A stretch of 64,000 nucleotides of DNA from Amphiscolops sp. MND2022 (Eukaryota): assembly GCA_964187785.1 (NCBI GenBank), contig OZ076409.1:11348001-11412000 (forward strand). Direction: 5' to 3'. The notes beneath the pieces were generated by a model, which made no database searches, was not told the DNA's origin, and saw only the letters and a program-made list of their open reading frames with translations. Numbering within the stretch: position 1 is the first letter of the stretch; every line of letters begins with the position of its first letter. Shown one piece after another: positions 1 to 12,900 of the stretch. The position numbers were made by a program, and so were the translations under genes.

Positions 1-711
1 TTTACCATATACTTTGACCTTGAATCCAAAAAATGTTGAGCAAAATACACCTTCGTTCACGGACGGTCTAAATATACCTTTCGCACGTTACGATAGACAA
101 CTCACTTCAAGGTTACAGCTCGTTCCGAAATAAAATCATGTTAGTTTATTCATATTTAGTTGTTGATTTTGAGAGGAATTTTAAAGTAATACGTGTACCG
201 TTTTGGCGTGTCGCCTCAGAGTGGTAATGTAGTTTGAACTACACGAAAAATTTACTTGTTTTCGAAGATCGCTCGCAACTTTTATGACTTTCTAAAACTC
301 CTACAGAACCTTTCAAAACTTTCGAGCAAAAAAACGTTCCTATTCTTTATTCGACTCCATTTTTTGGTTGCGTTTTCAAGCCCTGACGCTTTGCCGGTTT
401 TCCTATGAATCAGAGCATTTCAAATCCAGCTAAGGAACTTCAAGTTTACCGCCATTTTATTGCACTGCAACTTTGAACAGCCAAGTTTTGAACCATGCGC
501 CGCCTTTAGCGTGCTTTTGGAGAAGTGTTGAGTACATCAGATGATTAGTTGCGAAATCAAAGTGCGAATACCACGTAAAGAAAGAGAATTTTATTTCAGT
601 GGCATTAACAGAATCTGCAATAAAAATCTACAAAATTTACCGCTGGAAACTTTCAGCAAGCATGTTCTATGTTTTTTAACACAATAAACTGGAGCGTGTT
701 ATAAGTTTCAG

Positions 712-1147
712 GGTGTCAGGACATTTCATCCTATGCACTTTCAACCTATGCATTTTCAACCGCTCACAATTTCAACCTATTGCATTTTCAACGTTCGCAA
801 TTTCGACCTAAACTGGTTTTCGGTAATGGATCCTAATTAGTTACATAATTAGTTTGGTGGTTTTAACTTTCATACATTTCTAAATTCAAATGTGCTAGTT
901 TTTACGCCAGTTTCGATACGTTTTGGCTTCTTCATGAATAATTACAATTAGTTAAGGCTGTTTGATTCATTAGTAATTATTACACTGAAAGAATAGCTCA
1001 ACCGAATCAAGACTACATAGCCAAAATTAGTTTAGGTTGAAACGGCGGACGGTTGAAAATGCAATAGGTTGAAATTGTGAGTGGTTGAAATGGCAACAGT
1101 TCAAAGTGCATAGGTTGAAAGTGCATAGGACGAAATGTCATGTAACC
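712..1147. mobile_element. Non-autonomous foldback DNA transposon (MULE-like MITE)
   Basis: Long imperfect TIRs (GGTGTCAGGACATTTC... / ...GAAATGTCATGTAACC) built from internal TTTCAACC repeats. Flanks AAGTTTCAG (703-711) and AAATTTCAG (1148-1156) form a 9-bp TSD with one mismatch. Confidence 0.8.
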
Positions 1148-1570
1148 AAATTTCAGGAGTCTTGACTAAGATAGTTTACTGGGCGTACATGTGGTTCATA
1201 TTACCCAGCAAGACTCACATAATTCAAAAATTCTGAAAACAGACTGCGTCACCAATCTCATGTGGCGAATGGTGGGACGTGCAATCATCGAATGGAAACA
1301 GCCCAGATCGAAACTGCTGAAACTTTTACTCCATGACAACTTCGGTATGAGTTTTTGAGAAACGTGATAAAAAAGTCGCTGACAACTTGACGAAGAAGTA
1401 ACAAGTCAGGAACGACAAAATACTTCAAGTACCTCAAAGCTTCAAAAACTGTTTCTGAGCATGTTTCGATTTCAGAGTGATAACTGGAACAAAAAAGTTG
1501 AAATTTTTGTTTCTTCAAAGAACCTAAACGTTAAAAAAACTATTAGCGTGAAAAGGGGTGTCGAGATGTC

Positions 1571-2047
1571 GGACCATGTGATCTATTTCCCCCAGGTACA
1601 CCTTGTTAGAAATTCCCCCCCCCCAAAAAAAAAAAAAAACGAAAACGGCTTTTTCACAAGTATATTAATTATTGAATGAATAAAACAAGTTGATATGCTT
1701 ACAAATATTAACAAACGCGTGAATTTAAACTTCGTGGCAAAAGACCCAAATTTTTTAAATGTTGAATGCAAAGTTCGTAGTTTTGTAAATATGGAAGTAT
1801 GTCCGTTTGGAAGCACATTTCAAAGAATAATGATTGATTTTAGCTGTGAATCAATGTAAAAGATATGATTATGTCGACATCAATTATTTTATTGGACTAA
1901 AATTTCAACGCAACGATTTCGACATAATGATATTTGACTATTTAAAATGTTATGTCGACATAATTAATTCGTTTAAAACTAGTATTTGAACCTACTGTAT
2001 TATCCCCCCCCCGCCGCAGTTTGGGGGGGGAATAGATCACATGGTCC
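1571..2047. mobile_element. GGACCATGT-TIR MITE (Merlin-like)
   Basis: TIR GGACCATGTGATCTATT / AATAGATCACATGGTCC. 8-bp flanks GAGATGTC / GAGATGAC. Confidence 0.8.
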
Positions 2048-2807
2048 GAGATGACTTCAAGATAACAGGTCGAAAATTTAAAAAGTCTATAAACAGTCAG
2101 ATACGTTATATCCGAATTTCAAACTTTCATTATCGAAGTGATTATTATATACGTTATATGAGAAACTAAAATTAGTACTTAGTAGTAAACAAAATCATCT
2201 TTAAAAATTTATCTCCTGGGCGTTGGTTAGCTTTGAACGCTCACTTTCCGCCAGGGAGGACGCCAACAAAACGTCAAAAAACTGTATCTGAGTTTTCCAA
2301 ATTGTATCAGGCAGGTGCCACTACAGAAACTGTATATCGATCAGAAATTTTTTGATCAAATCAAAGAGCAAGTTAATCAACTGGTTTTGTTGCGGCGCAA
2401 TACAAATAACGCGGATTAGATAAGCAAATAATAAGGCAGGTTTGCCAGAACAGATGCCCGCTAGCATTCCGATCATTCAATCACAGGTTCAAGACCTGCA
2501 AATATTTGAGGAAAAGTATTGAAATGTCCATATTGTCTCATAAATTTGCGAATTTATATATTTCAACCAAATTTGCAAAATTACATGAAAGGTCTTGCTC
2601 GGCATTGTTCATTATTGTTTGTAAAAATGGGAAAACAATTATTGTTCGTTTGCCTTCCAAAGGCATTAATCTGACCCTTTTTCAAATTCAATCCTCTTTG
2701 CCTTGTCACGGATTTGGCCGATATTCTCTTGAACATTTAAAGTATTGAGTTCTTTGGTTCTCAATCGAAATGTAGAAACCAACTTCTAAAGTTTTACATG
2801 GTGCCCA

Positions 2808-3011
2808 TGTTATACGTTGTAATACCGAACCGAATCTTTCGGATGACAAATGTCAATCAAACTTAGATCTTCCCCTTAGACATTCATAGAACAAATGAGA
2901 CTTATGTTTATATATATTTGTAAACATAGTGCTAAATCTTTCATATTAAAGATACATCATTTGTGATACAGATCAGTAAAAAAAGAAGATCGCTTTGACT
3001 TTGCTTTTGAG
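2808..3011 (+). repeat. 5' LTR of Gypsy element 1 (3'-truncated)
   Basis: Starts TGTTATACG and matches 15957-16160 up to TTGCTTTTGAG, then jumps straight into coding-like sequence. Confidence 0.9.
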
Positions 3012-5975
3012 AAGACGAATCAGAGACAATTGAAGGAGAATCCGACGAATCAGAGACAAGCATACACAGAATTGAAAGACTAAACAGAATTACCGACAGA
3101 AACAAATGCCTGACAGCCGTGAATAAACGGTATCGAAAAGGAGTTTATAGTGGACACCGGATCACCAATTTCAATAATGCCCGCAGACGAGAAAGTAATA
3201 AAACAAACCGAGATACAAAAAGTGAAACAATGGTACCAAGACGTGAACAAAAATGAAGTGAAATTCCGAGGGAAAATACCGGCAAACATTGAATACGCGA
3301 ACAACAAACAGAAAATGCAAATTTTAATTACCGGAAGAATTGACATTACACCACTACTCGAAATGAACTGGATGAAAAAATTTAACTTGACAATCGGAAA
3401 CATCCGATTGCAAGATAACAGCCAATAAGAAAAAAGACGAGTAATTGAAAAGTTTCCGGACTTATTCAAGAACAACACCACGATAAAAGATACCGAAATA
3501 AATATCCAACTAAAACCGGGACACTATCCGGTGAAACAAAAAGCAAGACCGATCCCATTCATTACATCTACAAGAAGAAGTCGGGAAAGAACTAGAAAAA
3601 TTGATAAAAACCGGACAAATGGAAAAAGTAAAACATGTAGATGAAGATTGCTTCGTTTCACCGGTAGTAAATACAGTAAAAACCGACAAGTCGGTAAAAA
3701 CAGCATTGGACTCAAGAAAGTTAAAAGACAGCTGTATAAAAATCCGACCACGCATGCCGAACATGGAAGAACTGCTAAATCAAATCTCGGTGAAAATTAC
3801 AAGAGACCGAACAAAAGAATTGAGGATATCAAAGATCGACCTCGATTACGCATACGGCCAAATGAAACTATCAAAAGAAACAAGCCGACAATGCGTATTT
3901 GCAATAACGGGAGGAAAGTTTAGCGGGTACTACAGATTCAAAAAGGGATTCTACGGTCTCGCCGATATCTCCACAAAATTCCAAGAAAAAACTGACGGAA
4001 CACTAGAGTACTCCACACCGGCATGGCTGGATGACATTATAGTGGTAACATGAGGTGACCAAAAAGAACACGAAAAAAAAATATATTCGATCTATTAGGA
4101 AAATTGGAGAAGGCAGGATACCGAGCAACCGAATGAAAAACCGAATTCTTCTTGAACAAAACCAAATGGCTGGGTCACGAAATTGACGAAACGGGAATTA
4201 AACCGAACAAAGAAAAAGTGAGAGCAATACTGGAATTAAAACACCCGGAAAACCAAAAACAACTGAAATCATTTCTCGGCGCAATTTAATATTTGGCAAA
4301 ATTTTTACCGAGACTATCGGAAAGGACGGAAAGACTCCGAAGACTTTTGAAGAAAGATTCCACATGGAATTGGGGAAAACAACAAGATGAAGATTTCAAC
4401 AACATAAAGAAAATGTCAACGAAAGAACCTTGCTTGGCACATTACGAAAAAGATAGAGAAAACATAGTGACAACCGACGCAAGCAAAACCGGACTCGGAC
4501 TTACATTATGGCAAAAACAATCGGACGGGGAAATAAAACCGATAGCATTCGGTAGCAGATTTTTAAACGACAGTGAAAAAAATTATTCAATCGGAGAACT
4601 AGAATTACAGGCAGTTGTCTGGGGTTTAGAAAAATTCCGATTTTATTTATACGGTAAGAAAGTCTTTCTTTACACAGACCACCAAGCACTTGAACCTTTG
4701 ATTTAAAGGAACCGATGTAGTAGACAATATAGCGCGAGATAAACTAGATGGTTAGACCGCCTCGCACACACTGATTTGGCTATTCAACACATCGCAGGAA
4801 GTAGTCTAAAGTTTACCGACTTTCTAAGTAGAAATCCGGTAGAAAACGCAACAACCGAAGACGTATACGATGAGCAATACGTAATTAACATCCTTTCAGA
4901 ACAAGCCGAATTAAATAGAAAATAGGGACCAATATTCACCGACCAATCACAAAACGCGACGGAAAGAACAGAAACGACCGAAACAAATTTTAACAACCAA
5001 TCACAGCGGAATAGAACATTCGAGAAATACCGAGACGTGAACAAAAAACACGAACAAGCGAAACTCACAAAGATATTTGACGACGAAAAGCCAAAACGGA
5101 AAGTCAAATCCGATAATTGAATCAAAACTCGAATTCGAATCCAAATTCATTACAAAACTTACCTCTATTTAAGACTGAAATGGACCGGGTTTATTTTCAC
5201 TGGGGCGCAACTGCCTAAATAATGGAAATTATCAGAAAGGGGAGAAAAAACGCGAAAACTCTCAGATTGGTAGAGAGACGTCTAGAAAACTCCCGGCCCG
5301 GAACAATGATAAGAAAGTTCGACATGAATGCCCAAAGACAAAAATGGGTCCCCTCAAGGCAAAAGGAGCAAAGGAGGAGATTGTGGAACTAGACGGCGAA
5401 CTATTAACAAGGGCCAACAGATTTGGAGGAGGCTATCAACCATTAGAAGAACGAACAGAAGAGGAGGATCAAGAACCACAGCAACTGGAGATAATCGAAA
5501 AAGCCGAAGTCGAAATTGAGGGCGAAAGCCAGATAATCAGGGGCGACAAGTTTCCCATCGTTGATCTGAAGGCATTCAATACAGAAAGAAAAGAAGCCCA
5601 ATTCACACAGATCAATCAAGTGATGGACAAAGTTACCGGGAACAAAAAAGTCACCGAAGAAACAATCAAAAAGGCCGAATTCAACTTCATGCTCGACCTA
5701 GAAACGCTGAGAGCCAAATCAGCCACCGACGCAGAACTGAATAGAGTCAGAAGCGCAATGAGAAGAAATGAGAAAAATACGTCTCCGGAAGCATACCGAA
5801 CAACATTTGAAAAATTGAGCAACAGGTGGGGACTAACATTCAATGATGACCGAATAATTGTGCCATATGAATTGAGAAAGAAATTATTGGAAGCACTACA
5901 CTTCGGACACGCCGGATCTACAAAGATGGCAGCGGAAGCCAAAGTCTTTTGGTGGCCAAACATGCAAAAGGATAT
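3012..5975 (+). pseudogene. pol: Gypsy pol pseudogene: protease, RT, RNase H, start of integrase
   Basis: Motifs DTGS (PR), KIDLDYAY / GFYGL / WLDD (RT), TTDAS / ELE / TDHQAL (RNase H), HFGH (IN zinc finger). Many in-frame stops and frameshifts. Confidence 0.92.
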
Positions 5976-6927
5976 TGTAACGGCTGCTTGCCCTTATCCT
6001 GCGCTGAGGCTTGACAAACTTTACGCCGCCCTGATCCGTTGCTTAGTACTGTGGACCGTTACTAAACAAATCCTGGTTTTCTTGTTTTAAAGGACTGTAT
6101 CTTTTGGCTGGTGGGTCCGATGTGACCCGTGGAATCTCCTGCGATTCCTCTTTGCACTGATTTGGATCCGATGTGATCCTTAACACACTTCCCTCACAGT
6201 ATCTTCACGCGCTCCGGCTCTCCAACTATGAGAGTAGCTACTTAGTCGCTCTAACTCTAGCGAAAAGTTGTGAAGATTGAGAAGTTGATTAATTAGTCTT
6301 GCGGTCCTGAGACCCAACTTGACTATAGCTATTCAGTGGAGGAAATCTCTATCTAATAATGGTATACATATCGTTTACAATTCTACAGTAAATATAAGCA
6401 AATATCAGTTGAAATATGTTGTATAAATAAATGACATTTAAAGCATAAAATGAAGTTATTGGCTAAGTAAACAAACGATGTGGTGGTTTTGGCATGTTGG
6501 TCAGGTGGGGTAAAAGGTATGTTTACACAATGTAAATATCATTAATTTCAACAGAGTTACATTTCCTTCAAGGTCATATGAGAAAATAACATAATAATTA
6601 ATACATCAAAATTGGGTAATTCATGGGGTCCGACCTAGGTCACTTTGTGTGTTAATTGCTCGGAACCCAGAGAAGATACGGGGTTCGGTGTTTCGAGTGA
6701 AAAGTTAGTGTAGCACCACTACTATACGTGTGCCAAGTTTCAAGGTGATTGAATAAGTGGTTTACCGGGACGGGGGGGGTGGCCCTTTTTTACATAGGGT
6801 CATTTTTGCTAAGACTTGTAATTTTCCAACTTAAATCTTGATAAAGTTTCTAAGTGTTTTGAGTTATAAGTTTCATCAGTCACGTTCGAGTTTGAGTTTC
6901 TGATCTCGCAATTGACTGGCGCCAACA
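5976..6927 (-). repeat. 3' LTR of BEL/Pao element
   Basis: Direct repeat of 13639-14589, with about 5 substitutions and 1 indel counted by eye. Confidence 0.96.
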
Positions 6928-9900
6928 TTGCCGGCCCTGTTTTTCTCCCGAAAAACACTTTCGTAGAACATGGGTGCCAGTTTCACTACTGGTCTTTTGA
7001 GTTTTCCATCTTCAGTTTTCACCAGCGCTGATCTCACTCGCCCATCGCTTCCATGATAGACGTCCAACACTCTACCCATCTTGTAGTGTGCTCTTTTCAC
7101 ATTCTCATCTACTATCCAAACCAAATCATTGACTTCAAGTTGTCTAACTTCTTCTTTATTCCATTTAGATCTCTCGTTCCATTGGGGTAAACATTCTCTA
7201 TTCCATCTGCTCCAGATCATATCTGCGTATGCTTGTGATACTCTGAATACTCTTCTCAGATCTGTATATCGCTGAGCGTCAGGAATAAATGGGGTTGCTG
7301 GACTTGCGCGTCCTAGCAGGAAGTGGTTTGGAGTCAAAGCTTCCAAATCTTCAGGATCATTACTGACACTAGTCAGAGGTCTCGAATTCAATATCTGCTC
7401 GACCAGGCACATTGTTGTGAATAATACATCATCTGTCAGTGTTCTGTTTCCTACAATTGCCATCATAGCTTTCTTGCAGCTTCTGACCATTCGCTCCCAA
7501 ACACCTCCAAAATGCAGAGCTCCTGGGGGGTTGAACTTCCATTTTATTTGCTTTTGAGCCAAAGACTGCTCAATGTCTGATTGATTCCAAGCTTCTATCC
7601 ATTCTCGCATTTCCCTTGCTGCACCCACAAAATTTGTTCCATTATCACTTAGAATGATATTCGGTTTTCCTCTTCTTGCGATGAATCTCGTAATTGCAGC
7701 AAGACATGCGTCGGCTTCCAGGCTGGTCACAACTTCAACATGCACAGCTCTTGTTGTCAAACATGTGAATAGACAACACCACCGTTTCATTGATTTCCTC
7801 ATGAATCTCACTTCGAATGGTCCAAAATAGTCTACTCCAGTATTGGCAAAAGGGAAAACTCTTTCTTCCAATCTTTCTTTAGGTAAGTCTGCCATGAAAG
7901 GTTGAACTCCTCCAACTTGTTGCTTTCTGCACTTAACACACTTCAACTTCACATTTCTGAGCGCGTTTCGGAGTCCAATTATCCAGTAATTTTGCTGCAA
8001 AATGCTGCTAACATACTCTGTTCCTTCGTGATAGTTACTTTCATGCGCATCTCCAATCAATTTCCTCACTATTGGATGCTTCGCAGATAGCAAAATTGGA
8101 TGTTTCATTTCATAACTCGCATCAGCATGACGTAGTCGTCCTTTTAATCGCATTAGGTTCTGATCTTCCATAAATGGTGACAGTTTGTTCAAGTTATCAG
8201 ATGCAGCCATTGGTTTACCTGCGGCCAATGCTTGATATGTTGGACCAAAACTTTCCATCTGGCTCTTCCGCAGTAACAGTCGGATCACTTGCTGCATTTC
8301 TTCTGTTATCACCACCTTTCCTTTGATTTTTGATTTGAACCGAAGGCAATAGGCGAAGATCCGGGTCATTCTTCTGAAAGAACCGAACTTCTCCCAATCA
8401 ATGTTCTTTTCTTCTGGCACGACTTCAAAGACTTGCTCTATGTCTTCTGTTTTCTGCTGAAACAACTGTGGTGAGGTTTGTGGCCAAGCAACTTCTTTCT
8501 CTCGAAGCCATGCCGGCCCTGTGAACCACTCGCTCTTTTCTAATTCATGGACGGATTGTCCTCTTGTTCCGATGTCGGCAGGGTTTAAGATCCCTTCGAC
8601 ATATCTCCACTGATCAATGGTTGAACTGTCAAGGATTTCAGCGACTCTATTCGCTACAAACACCGGTTGTTTCTTGTCAGCTCCATGCAACCATTGCAAA
8701 ACGGTTGTCGAATCCGTCCAAAAGAAAGTTCGTTCAACTTGAATGTCGTGTTCGTCTACGATCAGTTGTTTTAATCGGGTTCCATACATAGCTGCTTGTA
8801 ACTCTAGTCGGGGAATTGATTGTTGCTTCATTGGCGCTACTCGGCATTTCCCTACCACATAGGCAAGCTCTCCAGTTTGTTGATCTCGAAAGTAGGCAAC
8901 TATGCACATGGCTTCCAGGGATGCATCGGCAAAAATATGCAAGTCCACTACTTCAGCATTTTTCGATAGATATTTTCTTTTGATAGCCATTTCATTCATG
9001 TGACTCAACTCCGATGCCCAATCCTTGAAAGCAATCTCGTCTTCTGGAGAAACTTGTTCGTCCCACGATTGCCCATGCTTCTTCCAAATTCCTTTGAGCA
9101 ACAATCTCATTCTCACTGTGAAGGGGGAAAACAATCCCAGCGGGTCAAACACAGAGGATACGTGAGATAGAACAATTCTCTGAGTGATCTTGACAGGCAC
9201 CTCTTTTCCCGTACCGCGGCAAATCTCAAGACTGTCTGACTCCACATTCCACTGGAGTCCCAAGATAGAGGGTGCCAATGGTTCAGCTTCGAATGTTTTA
9301 CTTAGCGCGTCTGATCTATCTTCAGAAGGAATTTCTTCCATTACTTTCTCTGAGTTGCAGATCCATTTCGTTAGTTGAAAGCCACGATCCGCTAAGGATT
9401 TTCGCAAGCAATTATACACTTCCACAGCTTCTTCCCTCGAAGCTACTGACTTCACAAAATCGTCCATATAGAAGTTTCTGTTGATCAACTTTGCAACCAT
9501 CCCATTGTCATCTCTGCTGTCTCGTCCGACTTGTTGCAAAGCGTAGTTGACACATGTTGGCGAACTCTTAGCTCCAAAAATGTGTCTTCCATATTCATAC
9601 ACAGAGATAGGTTCAGTGTGGTTTTCTCTCCACAAAAATCTTAGAACTTTGCAATCAGTAGGGGGTACTTTCACTTGGAGAAACATCGCTTCGACATCTG
9701 CTGTCAGGGCGATTTCCTTTTCCCTGAATCTGAAGATAATTCCTATCAGCGATTGTAGGAGGTCTGGACCGGCCATCAATTTATCATTAAGTGAAACACC
9801 TCCGAACTTTGAGGCAGCGTTGCAAACTCGTCTCACTTTGTCCGGCTTGTTCGGGTTCAGCACAGGAAGATGTGGAACGTACCACTGAAGGTCTGATTTA

Positions 9901-12900
9901 GTGTTTTCAAGCTCTGCTTCATCCAGAATTCTCACAAATCCCTTTTGTACGTCCACATCAATTGTCTCTTTGTAGCGTTGTTTCAAGTTCGCATCCTTTT
10001 CCAGTCGGCGCTCGAGAGACTTCAATTGACTTACTGCTGAACTGTAATTGTTTGGCAAATGCGGCTTTGCATTTTTCCAAAGTAACCCGACCTCGTATCT
10101 CTTTCCGTCGAACTTCGTGGTTGCTTTGAGCATTTCGAGGGCTCGCTCGTCTTCCTTGGACCTTCCGGATACGCTGCAGTTGGAAGCATACGATTCCATG
10201 CTCCACCAAGACTTCACTTGATCCGCTAACGGGTCCACTTCTGCTGCAACTAGACTTTCAGTTGCGAGCTTTGCTGTCTCTTGTTGAGGCAATGGTCCAC
10301 TGAGCATCCATCCCAGCTTCGTTCGCACTGCCCAGGGCTTGGCGTTTCCACACTTTCTATAGTCGATTGCTCTATGCAAGTGGTAGCAATCTTGGCCCAA
10401 GATGACTTTCACTTCTCCCAAGTTGATGGTAGAATCCCTCAACACTGACAGGTGAGGATATGCTTCCTTCAATTTCTTGATGTTGTACGTTCGATTTCCT
10501 GCGTTTACGTTGGGATGACTAAAGGCCATGATATCTTCTTTGACCTTTCCGTCTTTATCTCCAATCTTGACTCGAAGTCGTTTGCTACTAATATCTGACG
10601 TTCCATGAATCCCTGCAACATTCAGATCCACTGGCTGTCCCGTCAGATTTAGCGCTTTCATCAGGCTCTCGTCCACAAAGGACAGGCTTGCTCCAGAGTC
10701 ACACAAAGCGAACGTTTTCACATTTTTTCTCCCACTCCCTATCGTTACTGGAATTACTGGAAGCACTCCACTGCTTTTCATTGATGACAAATTGGAGACC
10801 TCTTCGACATTTTCAACATTTTGCTTTTGTTCCACGTTCTTGTATGGTCTGTGAAGCAATCTGTGATGCGGTTTTCCGCAACCATTCACGTCACAGAGTC
10901 TACCAGAGCAATTTCTCATCTGATGTGCGTCTGACAAACATTTGAAGCACAATTTCAACTCTTTCGCCTTTTGTCCTCTTTCTTCGACGTTCATCTTCTT
11001 GAACTTCTCACATTTCCATATGGGATGTTTGCCATCTTTCAGCGCACACTCTCGCTGGTATTTCGAGTTGTCACTGGCTGTGTTTGTTGTTGATGTGGCA
11101 AACGTGGAGCCTTTGGCTTTTTCCTTGTAGTTCGACTTCGCGCGATCAGCATTCGGGTTTGAAGACAAGAGCAATTCGTCTTGAACATCTGCTATATCAT
11201 AGAGCCATTCACTGAACACGGAGAGTCCGGGTTGATACAGGTTCATTTGCTTCACATAAGTGAGCCACTTCGTTTTCATGTCCAGTGTTAGCTTCCTTGT
11301 GGCACTGCCTAAAACTCCTTCTGAGTTTAGGTCTCCGACGTAGTTGAATTCTGTCAGAACGTTCACACAACTCGACACTATTCTCGCAAACTTAATCAAT
11401 GCAGCTCCATCGTAAGGTTTCATAGGGGGAAAGGAATAGATTCGCTTCAACTGGGCGTTCACAACCATTTGGGGTTTTCCAAAGTTTCGAACTAGCACGT
11501 TCCACGCCACATTGTACATCTCAGCAGTGTACCCAAGGCCAGCAATCGCCTCCTTGGCTTTGCCTGTGACCATGGTTTTCAGGTGATTCATCTTTACACT
11601 GTCATCCATATTGGCTGCGTGGACGGTTGCTTGAAAGAGTTGTGACCACTCTGGCCACTCCAATGGGTCACCGGAAAACACTGCCAGCTTCAGTTTTGGC
11701 AAGCTAGATCTGATGTAGTAGTCATCTCTCGCATTTGACACTATGTTTGGCCCATGACTTGGCATATACTGCTTCTGTGTGTTCTCAAGCTGTGGTACTT
11801 GAAATGCACTACTCGGGTTGCCCCCATTCGTAGGTGGTACCCAGCTTTGGTTTGCCATAAGGGTCATTGACGGCTTCGATGTGGCGAATTTCACTTCTGG
11901 TTGCGTTGTTGCTCTTTGGCTGCCAACTCCTATGACAGTCTTTGTTCTGTCCATTCCAAGACCTCGCACAGCGGCTTCTGTGGACATGACTGGTTTCAAT
12001 GAGGACTTCAAATCCCTCACTTGCGCGGAGCCTTGTCCTCCATGAGTTGATCGTGCCGAAATCACTGGTGCTGAGATGGACGTTTGCTGGTAACTTGGTG
12101 GCACGTTAATCGACAATGCCACGTTTTCAGCTTCTTCGGTCTTGTCCATCCAATCTGAGACTTTCGTCAGATTGTCGTCTGGGGTCCCGACGGGTGAGAT
12201 ACTTCCGAAACTAGACCCACAACTACTCGGAACTTTCGCCATCTCTATTTCCTTTTCAGCAATTCTAGCCTTGCGGGCCACTTCTTGTCGCAAGTCTGCT
12301 ATCTCCTTCTCTTTTGCTTCTCGTTCCAGTTTCTCCAGGCGCTTTTGCAATTCTTCGTGCTCTTTCAGTGCTTTCAGTTCTAAATGCATAACTCTTCTTG
12401 CACTTGATGTTTTTGAAATCACTGAGGTTTTGTTGCTTTTGGCTCTTTCACTTCGCGAATGTATGCTCAATTCTTCTATTGGCAATGATCTAGCTCCATT
12501 TCTTGGCTCTTGGCTATCATCCGCGTTGTGACCATCATGTTCCTTTTGCTCATCGTCTGGTTGCGGCTCCTTTTGTGGTGAAGTACCATTTTTACTCGAT
12601 TTGTCTGCGGCTACGCTTGCACGAACGTCTGCTAGTCTTTGTTCGGCGTCTTCAAGGCTTCGCAAAATGGCTCCTGCTTCTCCTGACTTTAGGAGAGCTT
12701 CAATTTTCAATTTGAGGTCAGACCTCTCTTGAAGCAATTCTTGACATGCTGCTGCATAATCTTCTTCGGCGTCCTCGCCGTTTTCAATTCGTTCATCGCG
12801 CAACTTTTCGTTGTGGGCGATCTTTTCATCAATACCACGTTTCTTCTCTTCAAGATCCAAATAGTTTAGTATCTGATTTTCATCTTGCAATGCTGACATC

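Noticed and set aside
5344..6090. 248-aa ORF as an independent gene
   Set aside because: It is a pol fragment reading through the insertion junction into the BEL LTR; its C-terminus is identical to that of ORF 13244..13753.
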